Notes: generated from the sequence alone by a model not told the origin. Positions 1-8,866 are shown, counted from the first letter of the stretch. The stretch: 26,745 bases of DNA from a virus (IMGVR_UViG_3300039208_000176:1-26745), one strand, 5' to 3'. Numbers and translations: made by a program.

Positions 1-17
1 GTTTCCCAGTCACGATC
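1..17 (+). other. Random-amplification (Round A/B, SISPA-type) primer tag GTTTCCCAGTCACGATC; library artifact
   Basis: The first 17 nt match the widely used primer-B sequence and lie exactly at the sequence start; ~18-26 may be the random N9. Confidence 0.9.
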
Positions 18-53
18 CTAGGGGGGAACGTTCACCCATAGGGGCACTGGGAA

Positions 54-563
54 ATGACGCCACAGCAGCAACAATTCGTCGAAAACATCAAGGTTCATCG
101 GATGTCTAAGTCGGACGCATACCGCGCGGCTTACGACAAGCCGGATTACTCCCCAAAGCAGGCAGGCAACGCCGTCACGAAGCTGATGTCCAAGCCGTAC
201 ATTGCCGAAGCTTTGGCTCAGTACACCGAGGCGATCGTCAACAAGGTGGCCGAGAAGAAGGCCGAAATCGTCGTTGACCATCAAGAGGAAGTCCGGCAGC
301 ACCTTCGCCGCATCATCGACGCTGCGGTCGAAGACAACAATATGGATGCTGCTATCCGTGCCACTGAGCTGATGGGCAAGATGGACGCGTGCGGCAACTT
401 CATCGAGCAGCCGGCACCACAGGAAGGCGGATCGGCTTCAGGCGTCACGGTTAACGTCAATCCAGGCGAGCCGAGCCCACTGTCTATGATTGCCGCGACG
501 ATCAAGAAAGGCGGGCCAGCGAAACAGATCGAAGCGCAGGCGACCGAGGTCGAGGCGGCGTAA
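54..563 (+). CDS. terS: Terminase small subunit
   Basis: N-terminus MTPQQQQFV...SKSDAYRAAY...AVTKLMSKPYI is the typical TerS HTH; AAIRATELMGK oligomerisation motif; lies upstream of TerL. Confidence 0.85.
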   Translation: MTPQQQQFVENIKVHRMSKSDAYRAAYDKPDYSPKQAGNAVTKLMSKPYIAEALAQYTEAIVNKVAEKKAEIVVDHQEEVRQHLRRIIDAAVEDNNMDAAIRATELMGKMDACGNFIEQPAPQEGGSASGVTVNVNPGEPSPLSMIAATIKKGGPAKQIEAQATEVEAA

Positions 564-757
564 TGGCCTTGCTGAATGGAACTACCGACGGTGTTCGGAT
601 GGCGCTGGACCGAGCCGTCGAAGAGCTGAGAAAGATCGCTCAGGGCCGCAAGGACGGCGGCGAGCCATTGTCCGGTGAGGTGGCAAGGCAGGGCGCGCGC
701 AAGGCTCTAAGGGAAATCGGGCAGAGCTGGGCCGGGGGGCGCTCTGGTGGAAAATAA
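563..757 (+). CDS. Hypothetical protein, 64 aa
   Basis: TAATG overlap with the terS stop; helical-looking sequence. Confidence 0.65.
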   Translation: MALLNGTTDGVRMALDRAVEELRKIAQGRKDGGEPLSGEVARQGARKALREIGQSWAGGRSGGK

Positions 758-899
758 GGATCAGATTCGGCTGGTACTCGAGCAGTGCGCGCATTTCAAC
801 AATGGATGGGGCTTGATTGTGCCACCAACATTGGCTCGAAAGCTGCGGGCCATGGGAATTCACGGCCCATACACGATTCGGCCAGACTTGCCGGAGTAG
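747..899 (+). CDS. Hypothetical protein, 50 aa (MENKDQIRLVLEQCAHFNNGWGLIVPP...DLPE); not in ORF track
   Basis: GTG at 747 with a G-rich run upstream and TAG at 897-899; fills the gap up to the TerL start at 903. Confidence 0.5.
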   Translation: MENKDQIRLVLEQCAHFNNGWGLIVPPTLARKLRAMGIHGPYTIRPDLPE

Positions 900-902
900 G
901 AT

Positions 903-2579
903 GTGGCAGTTGCCGAGCAGATCTCCGAATTCCAGCTATGCGATGATCCTTGGGAACTCGAGGAGCTTGTCCGGGCGATAGAGTTGCAGCCCGAACACAT
1001 CAAGCGAGAAGCTTACCGGGAACTGTTCTCCCACGATCTCTATGCCCTGCTGCGCTACGGCCTGGCCCGACGAGATCTTATCGAGGTTGAGGTTCAGGAC
1101 GAGGAGACGGGCCGCAAGTGGAAGGAACCACGACGGCCAGACCAGATCAAATGGCTGTTCGACCGAGCCCGCGAGTACCAAGCAGCGCCGAACGGGTATC
1201 TCGATCTCTGGGCACGTGAGCACTACAAGTCGACGATCATCACCAATGCGGGGCTGATCTTCCGCATAATCCAAGACCAGAATATATCGATCGGCATATT
1301 CAGCCACACCAAGGCGATCGCCCGAACGTTCTTGCGCGAGATCAAGGTCGAACTCGAACAAAACCCCGTATTCCCTTATCTTTGGCCGGAAATCTTCTGG
1401 GAAAATCCACGCAAGGAAAGCCCGAAGTGGACCGAGAACGAAGGTATCGTCGTCAAGCGGACCGAGAACTCCAGGGAAGCGACCGTCGAAGGCTGGGGGC
1501 TCGTAGATGGACAGCCGACGTCAAGGCACTTCACGCACCTGCACTACGATGACGTCGTGACACTCGAGTCTGTCACTGGGCCGGAGATGATCAAAAAGAC
1601 GACCGCGGCTTTCGAGATGTCCTCGAACCTTGGGTCTGAAGGCGGTACTCGAGTAATCGTCGGCACGATCTACCACTTCGGCGACACGTACATGCAGCTG
1701 ATCCGCAGAAATGCGGTCAAGACGCGGATATATCCCTGCACGCACGACGGCGAAGAGAACTTAGACGACCCCATGAACTGCGTGTTGCAGTCACCTGCTT
1801 ACCTCAAGATGAAGCGGGTCGATCAGGGGCCATACACGTTTGGAACTCAGATGTTGCTAAACCCGAAGGGTGATGGGGCTCAGACCTTCAAGCCTGAATG
1901 GCTGAAATGGATCACGAACGAGCTTTCACCGGACGAAGCCGAAGAAATGTTCCGGATCTTGATTGTCGACCCGGCGAACGAGAAGCGAAAGCACAATGAC
2001 TGGACGTCGATGTGGGTGTTCGGATGCGACAGCAACCGCAACTACATTCAGCTGGACCATATCCGAGACCGCTTCGGCCTGACTGAGCGCACGGATGCAG
2101 TGTTTCAGCTGCACGAATTCTGGAAACCACAGCTGACAGTCTACGAGCACTACGGCATGCAAGCCGACACGGCCCATATCACGGCCGAGATGGAGCACAC
2201 GAACTACCGTTTCGATATTCTCGAGGTTGGCGGTACGACACCCAAGAATGACCGCATCAAGCGTCTACAGCCGATCTTTGCTGCGGGACGCATCTATCTT
2301 CGTCGCGCGCGACACTACACGGACTACGAGGGCACGACCTCGAACCTGATGGAGCGGTTCGTCGAGGAAGAATACAAGGCATTCCCGGTCATGGCCTTCG
2401 ACGACGGTCTCGATAGCATGGCACGGCTCGAAGATCCGGACGTACAGGCACAAATCACCTGGCCCAACCGGAAGCAGAAGGGCGACATCAGGGTTGTAAC
2501 TGAGGCGCCTGACAGAGCGTCGACACGCAGTCGACGCAGAGGTTCGCAGCCTGGACCAAGGGTTATCACTAGAAGGTAG
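903..2579 (+). CDS. terL: Terminase large subunit
   Basis: Walker A-like AREHYKST, Walker B HLHYDD, coupling motif VGT, RNase H-like ILIVDPA and FDDGLDSMA; GTG start after GGAGTAGG. Confidence 0.93.
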   Translation: MAVAEQISEFQLCDDPWELEELVRAIELQPEHIKREAYRELFSHDLYALLRYGLARRDLIEVEVQDEETGRKWKEPRRPDQIKWLFDRAREYQAAPNGYLDLWAREHYKSTIITNAGLIFRIIQDQNISIGIFSHTKAIARTFLREIKVELEQNPVFPYLWPEIFWENPRKESPKWTENEGIVVKRTENSREATVEGWGLVDGQPTSRHFTHLHYDDVVTLESVTGPEMIKKTTAAFEMSSNLGSEGGTRVIVGTIYHFGDTYMQLIRRNAVKTRIYPCTHDGEENLDDPMNCVLQSPAYLKMKRVDQGPYTFGTQMLLNPKGDGAQTFKPEWLKWITNELSPDEAEEMFRILIVDPANEKRKHNDWTSMWVFGCDSNRNYIQLDHIRDRFGLTERTDAVFQLHEFWKPQLTVYEHYGMQADTAHITAEMEHTNYRFDILEVGGTTPKNDRIKRLQPIFAAGRIYLRRARHYTDYEGTTSNLMERFVEEEYKAFPVMAFDDGLDSMARLEDPDVQAQITWPNRKQKGDIRVVTEAPDRASTRSRRRGSQPGPRVITRR

Positions 2580-2584
2580 GAACG

Positions 2585-2932
2585 ATGTCTAAGCTCAAAG
2601 AAGGTCAAGAATTGCAGTCTGATGCCGAGGCAGTCGCCGAAGCAGAAGCCGCCGTCAACAAGGAATGGCTTGTCGGCGATGCCTGCGTCATCAACGGCAA
2701 GACGTGGTTCATTCGCGAGATCGGCAGGGGCCGTGTGCATTTCAACGAAAGCCCGAACTTCGATCGAGCAGAGATGTGCATGAACTATGCGGACTTTGCT
2801 GCCAAAGCTGAGAGGGCAAAGGAAGCCGCGGCCGATGTGGCCACAGAGCAGGCGAACCGCAAGTCGAAAGCCAATCAGGCATTGGCTGATGCGGCTGCAG
2901 ATGGGCCAGCACCAGCAGACGAGGACGAATAA
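2585..2932 (+). CDS. Hypothetical protein, 115 aa
   Basis: AGGTAGGA SD upstream; small beta-rich core (WLVGDACVINGKTWFIREIGRGRVHF) flanked by Ala/Glu-rich helices. Confidence 0.7.
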   Translation: MSKLKEGQELQSDAEAVAEAEAAVNKEWLVGDACVINGKTWFIREIGRGRVHFNESPNFDRAEMCMNYADFAAKAERAKEAAADVATEQANRKSKANQALADAAADGPAPADEDE

Positions 2933-2934
2933 CC

Positions 2935-3180
2935 ATGGGATTCGGCGGCGGCAGTCGAACGCCCCTTCCTGAACCGGAGCCGGTCACGCCAGTTCCACAG
3001 GAAGAGGGCTCGAACAAGATCGAAGCGCAGAGACGTGCTCGCCTGGCTGCTGCCGATCGCGAGGGCTTCTCCGAGCATCGTAAATCCGGTCAAGGACGTG
3101 GCACTCGGTCTGAACCAAACAGGCAGGGTGCCACGGGCTCGACCATCCAGGGCAAACGCACAGCGAGGATGATGTACTAA
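2935..3180 (+). CDS. Small pre-portal virion protein, paralog 1 (T7 gp6.7/7.3-like position)
   Basis: MGFG start, Pro-rich segment, basic middle, ends KRTARMMY. Confidence 0.75.
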   Translation: MGFGGGSRTPLPEPEPVTPVPQEEGSNKIEAQRRARLAAADREGFSEHRKSGQGRGTRSEPNRQGATGSTIQGKRTARMMY

Positions 3181-3440
3181 TGGGATTCGGTAAGAAATCT
3201 TCGCAGCCACAGCCGGCTGCCCCAGTCGACAACACGCCGCAAGTCACCAGCAACCAAGTCGAGCAAGGCGAGGATGCTGGCCGGCCCGGTACTCGGCGTG
3301 TGGCCCGCTTCCGCTCGATCGAGCGCGATAGGGACGCATCCTTGAATGATCCTGGCTCGGAAACGGGCGGGGATGATCCTATGGGCGGAAGCCGACGACC
3401 GAGGGCGAGCGGGCGAAAGTCCGCTGCGATGTTGTACTGA
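3180..3440 (+). CDS. Small pre-portal virion protein, paralog 2
   Basis: TAATG coupling; MGFG start, ends RKSAAMLY. Confidence 0.75.
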   Translation: MGFGKKSSQPQPAAPVDNTPQVTSNQVEQGEDAGRPGTRRVARFRSIERDRDASLNDPGSETGGDDPMGGSRRPRASGRKSAAMLY

Positions 3441-3673
3441 TGGGGTTCGGAAGCAAATCGTCGTCGACTCCGAAGAAAGATCCGGAGCCGACGTTCAAGC
3501 AGGTTGAGACCACGAACGACCCTCAACAGCGTAGAACTCTTGGTGTTAGGCGTGCTGAACGCTTCCAAACACGAGACCAACCAGCGGCTCATATGCTTGA
3601 GGGGGATGAGAGCGGCTACGGCTCGCCGGCTCCTCCAGGCACAGCGACCCGCAAAGCTCGCATGATGTACTAA
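3440..3673 (+). CDS. Small pre-portal virion protein, paralog 3
   Basis: TGATG coupling; MGFG start, ends RKARMMY. Confidence 0.75.
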   Translation: MGFGSKSSSTPKKDPEPTFKQVETTNDPQQRRTLGVRRAERFQTRDQPAAHMLEGDESGYGSPAPPGTATRKARMMY

Positions 3674-3683
3674 GGGACGGTGC

Positions 3684-5501
3684 ATGCCTCAGCTTCACGA
3701 CATCATCAGGCAAGGCCAAACCAAGCGGGATAACCGCCACGGTTGGATTACCACCTGGGAAGAACTCGCCGAAACCTTCCTGCCTGTGAGGGAAGGTTTC
3801 ACGGGTGAACTCACGCAGGGTCAAGAGCGTGGATATCGCAATTTCAGCGATGCCCCGCAATTGGCTCGGCGTGGGCTCTCGACTGCGCTGTCGACATTCA
3901 ATAGGCCGGCCGGCAAGATCTGGCTCAAGGCCGTCACGTCGAACCGAGGACTGATGAGAGTGCCTGAGGTCATCGCATGGTGCCAGGCAGTAACGCAGAT
4001 CACATATGACGCGCTCTACCATCCGGACGCGCATATGGAACGCAATATGACCGAGGCTGATAACGATCTGATCACCTTCGGCACCAACTGCGTAAAGATC
4101 GGCTGGAACCAGAAAAAACGGCACCTGACCTACAAAACCTACCACCTGAAAAACATCGTCATTGGTGTCGACGAATTCAACAATGTTATCGCGGTCTGGT
4201 ACTTCTGCAAGCTGCCACTGCGCGACATCGTTGAGATGTTCGGAGTGGACAAGCTCACGCAGCAAATGAAACGTGCGTATCAGGAAAGCCCACCGCGGCT
4301 CGACGACAAGTTCGACATCGTTCACGCTTGCGTGCCGAACAAGGATTGGGCTGGCAGGTTCAGGCCGGGTGATGGCGACTCTATGCGCCCGCCCGACATG
4401 CCTTACCTGTCGCTCTGGTGGGCCGAGAAGGACAAGGAACCACTAGACGTCGGCGGATATTGGGATTTCCCGTATCTGGTCGCGCGCTGGGACACTCAGA
4501 GCCAAGAGGACTACGGGCGGTCGCCGTCCATGGTTGCGCTCGATAGCGCACGACTGATCAATGAAATGGCGCGCGACATGGCTGATGCAGGCGCCAATGC
4601 CGTCAGGCCGCCCCTCGGTGCTTGGGGGGACTTCATCGCAGGTGATGTGCAATTGCACTCAGGCGGTCTGACGCTCTTCGATAGCCAAGGCAAGTGGGAT
4701 CGCAACGGCAACCCTATCTGGACGATCGAGACTGGCGCGATGCCAAAAGAGATCTTCCAGATGATGGAAATCATCCGCGAAGACATCAAGGCCGCGTTCT
4801 TCCTGCACGTGCTCGAGCTTCCCGATGCTCGCGATACCGACATGACCGCAACCGAGGTCAATGCGCGCTATGATGAATTCCTGCGCAACGGTGCCCCGAC
4901 ATTCTCGCGCGTTGAGAGTGAGTACAACGGCGGTCATCTGAACCGGGTATTCAGCATCTTGAACCGAGAGGGGATGTACCCGCCAGTTCCGGAAATACTC
5001 CGGGCAACGAACGAGAACATCGAATTTGAGTATGAGTCGCCGCTAAAGCAGCTGCGCAAGCGTGCCGAAGCCGTCAAGACGCTCGAGGGCATGTCCATGA
5101 TTGGCGAGGGTGCCATGGTCATGGGCGAAGAAAAGGCTCTGGAGGTGTCCGACAACTTCAGCGCTGACGGATATGCCAGATACATGGCGGACAAGCTCGA
5201 TATGCCAATGGAGCTTGTGAAGCCGTTCGAAGAAGTCATGGCAATACGCAAGCAGCGTGCAGAGCAGGCCGAAATGGCAATGATGGCAGAGATGGCCAAC
5301 AAAGCCGCGCCAGCTGTTGCTGCAGCCGGAAACCTGCCGTCACAGCTTCTCGGTCCGGGCTCGCCTGTGGCTGAGGGTGGTGCGCTCGAAGGTGCCGACG
5401 TGCCAGGTGCTCTCGAGGCCGGCGCAGATGAGGCGGCTAACGTGTTCGGCGATGATGGCGGCGAGCCGATCGATGCTGAATACGAGGACGTTGCAGCATG
5501 A
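3684..5501 (+). CDS. Portal / head-tail connector protein (T7 gp8 / BPP-1 type)
   Basis: Motifs WEELAETFLP, DLITFGT, FPYLVARW...DYGRSP..AL, MTATEV..R, EYESPL; 605 aa with an acidic C-terminal extension. Confidence 0.93.
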   Translation: MPQLHDIIRQGQTKRDNRHGWITTWEELAETFLPVREGFTGELTQGQERGYRNFSDAPQLARRGLSTALSTFNRPAGKIWLKAVTSNRGLMRVPEVIAWCQAVTQITYDALYHPDAHMERNMTEADNDLITFGTNCVKIGWNQKKRHLTYKTYHLKNIVIGVDEFNNVIAVWYFCKLPLRDIVEMFGVDKLTQQMKRAYQESPPRLDDKFDIVHACVPNKDWAGRFRPGDGDSMRPPDMPYLSLWWAEKDKEPLDVGGYWDFPYLVARWDTQSQEDYGRSPSMVALDSARLINEMARDMADAGANAVRPPLGAWGDFIAGDVQLHSGGLTLFDSQGKWDRNGNPIWTIETGAMPKEIFQMMEIIREDIKAAFFLHVLELPDARDTDMTATEVNARYDEFLRNGAPTFSRVESEYNGGHLNRVFSILNREGMYPPVPEILRATNENIEFEYESPLKQLRKRAEAVKTLEGMSMIGEGAMVMGEEKALEVSDNFSADGYARYMADKLDMPMELVKPFEEVMAIRKQRAEQAEMAMMAEMANKAAPAVAAAGNLPSQLLGPGSPVAEGGALEGADVPGALEAGADEAANVFGDDGGEPIDAEYEDVAA

Positions 5502-5677
5502 CGAAGGATACAATCATCCTGACGGCCGTTATGCTTGTCCGCAAAGGTGACTATGTGGCCGTCGAAGTTGAGATAGATGGTCGGTGGGTTGAGGTCATCC
5601 GGGAACGTTACGACGGTTACTTCTCGCATATCGTCGAACCGGCTGGCATTCGCAGAGCCAAGGACAAGGCGGCGTGA
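5498..5677 (+). CDS. Hypothetical protein, 59 aa (MTKDTIILTAVMLVRKGDYVAVEVEIDGRWVEVIRE...KDKAA); not in ORF track
   Basis: ATGA overlap with the portal stop, GAGGA upstream, GTGA overlap with the next gene. Confidence 0.7.
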   Translation: MTKDTIILTAVMLVRKGDYVAVEVEIDGRWVEVIRERYDGYFSHIVEPAGIRRAKDKAA

Positions 5678-5898
5678 TTAAGTTCGAAGTGGTGGCTCTG
5701 GCACACATTACCGAGCCTCTTTACTCGCCAGCTGCAAGGATATCTGTGATCGAGCCCAACATTGTTGGAATTGAGGTGTTTGGTCCAACAGGTTTGCGCG
5801 CTGTTTTCGATTCTCGCGATGATGCTGAAATGTTTGCGGCTGATTGCAACAACACTTCAAACGGTCCAGTCTTTATCGTTAGGCCAATGAGGCAGTGA
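5674..5898 (+). CDS. Hypothetical protein, 74 aa
   Basis: Coupled on both sides by GTGA overlaps. Confidence 0.55.
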   Translation: MIKFEVVALAHITEPLYSPAARISVIEPNIVGIEVFGPTGLRAVFDSRDDAEMFAADCNNTSNGPVFIVRPMRQ

Positions 5899-6119
5899 TG
5901 ACAGACAACGTTGTCGACCTTCCTGTGATTACTCGGCTCGATATACCGCCTGAAAAGGTGCTCAGCCGCGCACTTGAAGCCGGCCTGACTGACGTAGTGG
6001 TCATTGGATACGATGCCGATGGCCAGGAATACTTTGCAAGCAGCAAGGCGGACGGCAAAGACGTCTTATGGCTGCTGGAACGTGGCAAAATTTGTCTATT
6101 AAGGACGGTTGAGGAATGA
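5895..6119 (+). CDS. Small hypothetical phage protein (start may be ATG 5898)
   Basis: DIPPEKVL...VVVIGYDADGQEYFASS...VLWLLE resembles a recurrent small proteobacterial phage protein; coupled to its neighbours. Confidence 0.7.
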   Translation: MMTDNVVDLPVITRLDIPPEKVLSRALEAGLTDVVVIGYDADGQEYFASSKADGKDVLWLLERGKICLLRTVEE

Positions 6120-6478
6120 GCGGACCATTTCCACACAAGAGCGTGCGAGACGCGCGCCGGCTGCGCACAGATCGCGTAGGGCCGGCTGCTCAGTCAGTCG
6201 AAGAGGTCGAGCAGCGCAAGGACGATGAACTCAAGCTCGCGAAGTCTTTCCGCAACGTCTACGGCACACCCGACGGGATGATCGTGCTTGAGCACATCAT
6301 GACTCATCTGTGCAGTATTGATCAGCCGATTGTAGCGCCTGAGGTTCGCAGCACCGAATCGCTTATTGCTCGATGTACAGCGCGCGATCTCGGCCACGAA
6401 ATTCACCGGCTGATCAATCGGCCGATCGAAGAGCGCAAAGAGCAACCAAAAGTAAACACAGAGGCACCGAATGTTTAG
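6116..6478 (+). CDS. Bbp19-like protein (portal-scaffold intervening protein)
   Basis: FRNVYGTPDGMIVLEHI matches the 'F.tp.G..VL..L' pattern; canonical position before the scaffold. Confidence 0.7.
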   Translation: MSGPFPHKSVRDARRLRTDRVGPAAQSVEEVEQRKDDELKLAKSFRNVYGTPDGMIVLEHIMTHLCSIDQPIVAPEVRSTESLIARCTARDLGHEIHRLINRPIEERKEQPKVNTEAPNV

Positions 6479-7403
6479 GTTCAATCAACCGTGGGAATTG
6501 GTACTGTTCGAAACGCCGGAAGCTGGCGGAGGCGGGGATGATGCCGACAAGGGCGGCGATAAGACGCCAGAAATCGGCATGGAAGGCATTCGCGCGGCGA
6601 CGCTCAATGGTCTCGATGAGTCCTACCACGAAGACTGGAATTCAATGTCGCAGCGGATCACGACGCCGTCGGATCTCGCAAAAAATTATGTCGAGAGCCA
6701 GCGTGCGGCTCGATCAGCAATCCGAATTCCAGGTGAAGATGCTAAGCCGGAAGATTGGGACGACATCTACACAAAGCTAGGACGTCCCAAGGATGCCAAA
6801 GAATACCAGTTCAGCGACGTGTTCGGCGAAGGCGAGAACACATACAAGGTTACCGACGAGGACAAGGCATTCCGCCAGAACTTCGCCCCAGTGGCCCACA
6901 AGCTCGGCCTCAGCCAGCGGCAGGTTGCTGGTCTCGAAGCGTTCCAATTCGAGAACAACAAGGTTCTAATGGATGCTCGGGAAGCCAAAGCCGAAGACAT
7001 CACGAGCAAGAACGTTCAGGTTCTCGAGCAGCAGCACGGCCTGGACTTCGACACCAATAAGAACCGGATGCTCACGGCATCGAAACACTATGCCGGCAAC
7101 GATTGGGAGAAGCTGTCTTCGCTCCAATTGGCCGATGGTACATTTCTGCTCGATAACCCGGTCTGGTTTAACATGATGGCCAAGATCGGTGCTGAGCGAC
7201 AAGAAGACTTCCGCGAGCCGAATGCGTTCAATGAGAGCGCGCGCAATGACGCGCAAGCGGAGTATGACAAGATTCGCCGCGAGGCGATGGAGAAGGGCTT
7301 GCTTCCGACAAGTCCAGGGTGGCCGACTGAGCAACTGCAGAAGCTCTCGGACCGCATCCATGGCACAACCAGCGCTGTAGGCGCCCGGTTTGTGTCCAAC
7401 TAG
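6471..7403 (+). CDS. Capsid assembly scaffolding protein
   Basis: DLAKNYVE..., IPGEDAKPEDWDDIYTKLGRP...Y, AHKLGLSQRQ; acidic and helical; immediately before the MCP. Confidence 0.85.
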   Translation: MFRFNQPWELVLFETPEAGGGGDDADKGGDKTPEIGMEGIRAATLNGLDESYHEDWNSMSQRITTPSDLAKNYVESQRAARSAIRIPGEDAKPEDWDDIYTKLGRPKDAKEYQFSDVFGEGENTYKVTDEDKAFRQNFAPVAHKLGLSQRQVAGLEAFQFENNKVLMDAREAKAEDITSKNVQVLEQQHGLDFDTNKNRMLTASKHYAGNDWEKLSSLQLADGTFLLDNPVWFNMMAKIGAERQEDFREPNAFNESARNDAQAEYDKIRREAMEKGLLPTSPGWPTEQLQKLSDRIHGTTSAVGARFVSN

Positions 7404-7553
7404 TACTTGCGTAAACGGCTGGGCAACCGGCCGCTGACCACGCAGAGCCCGACATTTCGTGATAACGGCCCCGCAATAGCGGCAACCCTGACTCACGCCT
7501 AGTCGCAACCTCTAACGGTCGTTTCGATTCCACGCAGTTCAAGGGGATTAGAG

Positions 7554-8438
7554 ATGGCTGCACCAACTATCACACAAGGCTTCGTGATTGACTTCGGTAA
7601 GGACGTTCACCTCGAATTCAATCAGCGATCCGCAATGCTTCGGCCAACCGTGGATACCCGCGGCATCATCCGAGCAGAAACCGCCCGATTCTACGTGATG
7701 GGCAACGGGATCACTCAAACCAAGTCGCGTAACGGTGACATCCCGCAACAAGATCTCGATCTGTCGTACGTCACGGCGACAATGGCTGACCGCTATTGGC
7801 GCAAGGACGTCGACAAGCTCGACATGGCCAAAGTTACCGCAGAACTTCGACCAATCCTGGTTGAAGATGCTTCGGGTGCCTTTGGTCGATATGCCGATGA
7901 TCAGATCATCCAAGCCATGGATGCCGGCGCAGGAACGAACTTGGGTAACTCCACCACGGAAACCCGGTTTGGTCGCAACGCCGCTCTGGGCATGTTCCGA
8001 ACTCTCATGAACACGGGCATGAGGAATGACGGGCGGATCTTCGCCGCGATCACTCCAAACGCATGTTCGCAGCTTATGACCGAGCCGGAATTCGCCTCAG
8101 CTGACTACACAGGTCCGACGGATCTGCCGTGGAAAGCCATGGGTATGGATATCCGAACTTGGCTGGGCGTTCATTGGATCGTGTGCACCCGTAACACGGG
8201 CAACAACACGGGCCAGGCATTCCAGTACATGTGGCACCAATCCGCCGTCGGTCACGCCGTCAATGCCGAAGTCGAAATCGAATTCGCGCAGAAGGAAGCC
8301 GGCTGGGGTTGGATCGCCAAAGGCGCAATGTCCATGGGTGCTGTCGTCAAAGATGGCACGGGCGTCGTTCGCTACGTCTCTGACGATACGCTGGCACTGG
8401 CTGCCGACGTGAACACGTCGATCGCTGGCTCTGCCTAA
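7554..8438 (+). CDS. Major capsid protein (HK97 fold, podovirus type)
   Basis: ITQGFVIDF..V...Q..S.LR, VDKLD..K, AFGR..D..II, FASADY, WLGVHWI, MSMGAV; AAGGGG SD upstream. Confidence 0.9.
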   Translation: MAAPTITQGFVIDFGKDVHLEFNQRSAMLRPTVDTRGIIRAETARFYVMGNGITQTKSRNGDIPQQDLDLSYVTATMADRYWRKDVDKLDMAKVTAELRPILVEDASGAFGRYADDQIIQAMDAGAGTNLGNSTTETRFGRNAALGMFRTLMNTGMRNDGRIFAAITPNACSQLMTEPEFASADYTGPTDLPWKAMGMDIRTWLGVHWIVCTRNTGNNTGQAFQYMWHQSAVGHAVNAEVEIEFAQKEAGWGWIAKGAMSMGAVVKDGTGVVRYVSDDTLALAADVNTSIAGSA

Positions 8439-8465
8439 GCGTAACGCGTCACGCGACGCATGACG

Positions 8466-8490
8466 GCGAGGGGCTGTTCTGGCTCCTCGC
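8466..8490 (+). promoter_or_regulatory. Stem-loop after MCP (GCGAGGGGC-tgttctg-GCTCCTCGC); mRNA stabiliser or weak terminator
   Basis: 9-bp GC-rich stem with one G-U pair and no U-tract; an adjacent TCCTG...CAGGA (8491-8509) could pair over the next SD. Confidence 0.5.
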
Positions 8491-8520
8491 TCCTGATCTC
8501 AAAACAGGAAGCTTGAAACC

Positions 8521-8799
8521 ATGGCATATCAATCTGAATACCTCACTGCGATTAAGTTCGCTGGTGGGGCCGGTGGTAACCACGTTTGGCTGCTCATGAC
8601 TGAGGACGCCAACGCGGCGGTTACTGCAACCGACTACATCACTGATGCCACCGAAAAGGGAATGACCGTCGGTGATATCGTTCTAGTTGTTCGGGTGGGA
8701 ACACTGCCGGCAACCTCGCCTAGCGGTGTCTCGCTTATGTATGTCAGTGCAATCGACGCGGACGGTAACGCCACGCTCGATGACACTGCCGTTGCATAG
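8521..8799 (+). CDS. Putative capsid decoration/cement protein
   Basis: 92 aa, Ala/Thr/Gly/Asp-rich, directly after the MCP; W....D....V....Y......M.VGD.V pattern. Confidence 0.65.
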   Translation: MAYQSEYLTAIKFAGGAGGNHVWLLMTEDANAAVTATDYITDATEKGMTVGDIVLVVRVGTLPATSPSGVSLMYVSAIDADGNATLDDTAVA

Positions 8800-8811
8800 G
8801 TATCGCGTTTT

Positions 8812-8840
8812 AGCGGGGGGCTTCGGCCCCTCGCTTCACT
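8812..8840 (+). terminator. cUUCGg hairpin after the head genes; probable leaky intrinsic terminator
   Basis: AGCGGGGGGC-TTCG-GCCCCTCGCT 10-bp stem with only a weak U-tail; position analogous to the post-capsid terminators of podoviruses. Confidence 0.6.
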
Positions 8841-8866
8841 GTGACTTGTCACCAACAAAGGGTCCA

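Noticed and set aside
2935-3673. Recurring junction sequence read as a CRISPR-like array or as RiPP precursors
   Set aside because: The repeats are short and degenerate, spaced ~230-260 nt apart and explained by conserved protein termini; no cas or modification enzymes are nearby.
8400-8520. Programmed frameshift or readthrough extending the MCP (T7 10B-like)
   Set aside because: No slippery heptamer near the TAA, and the next gene has its own SD.
8687-8866. N-terminal extension of ORF 8687-9352
   Set aside because: It overlaps the decoration gene and the UUCG hairpin; a better SD and ATG lie at 8867.
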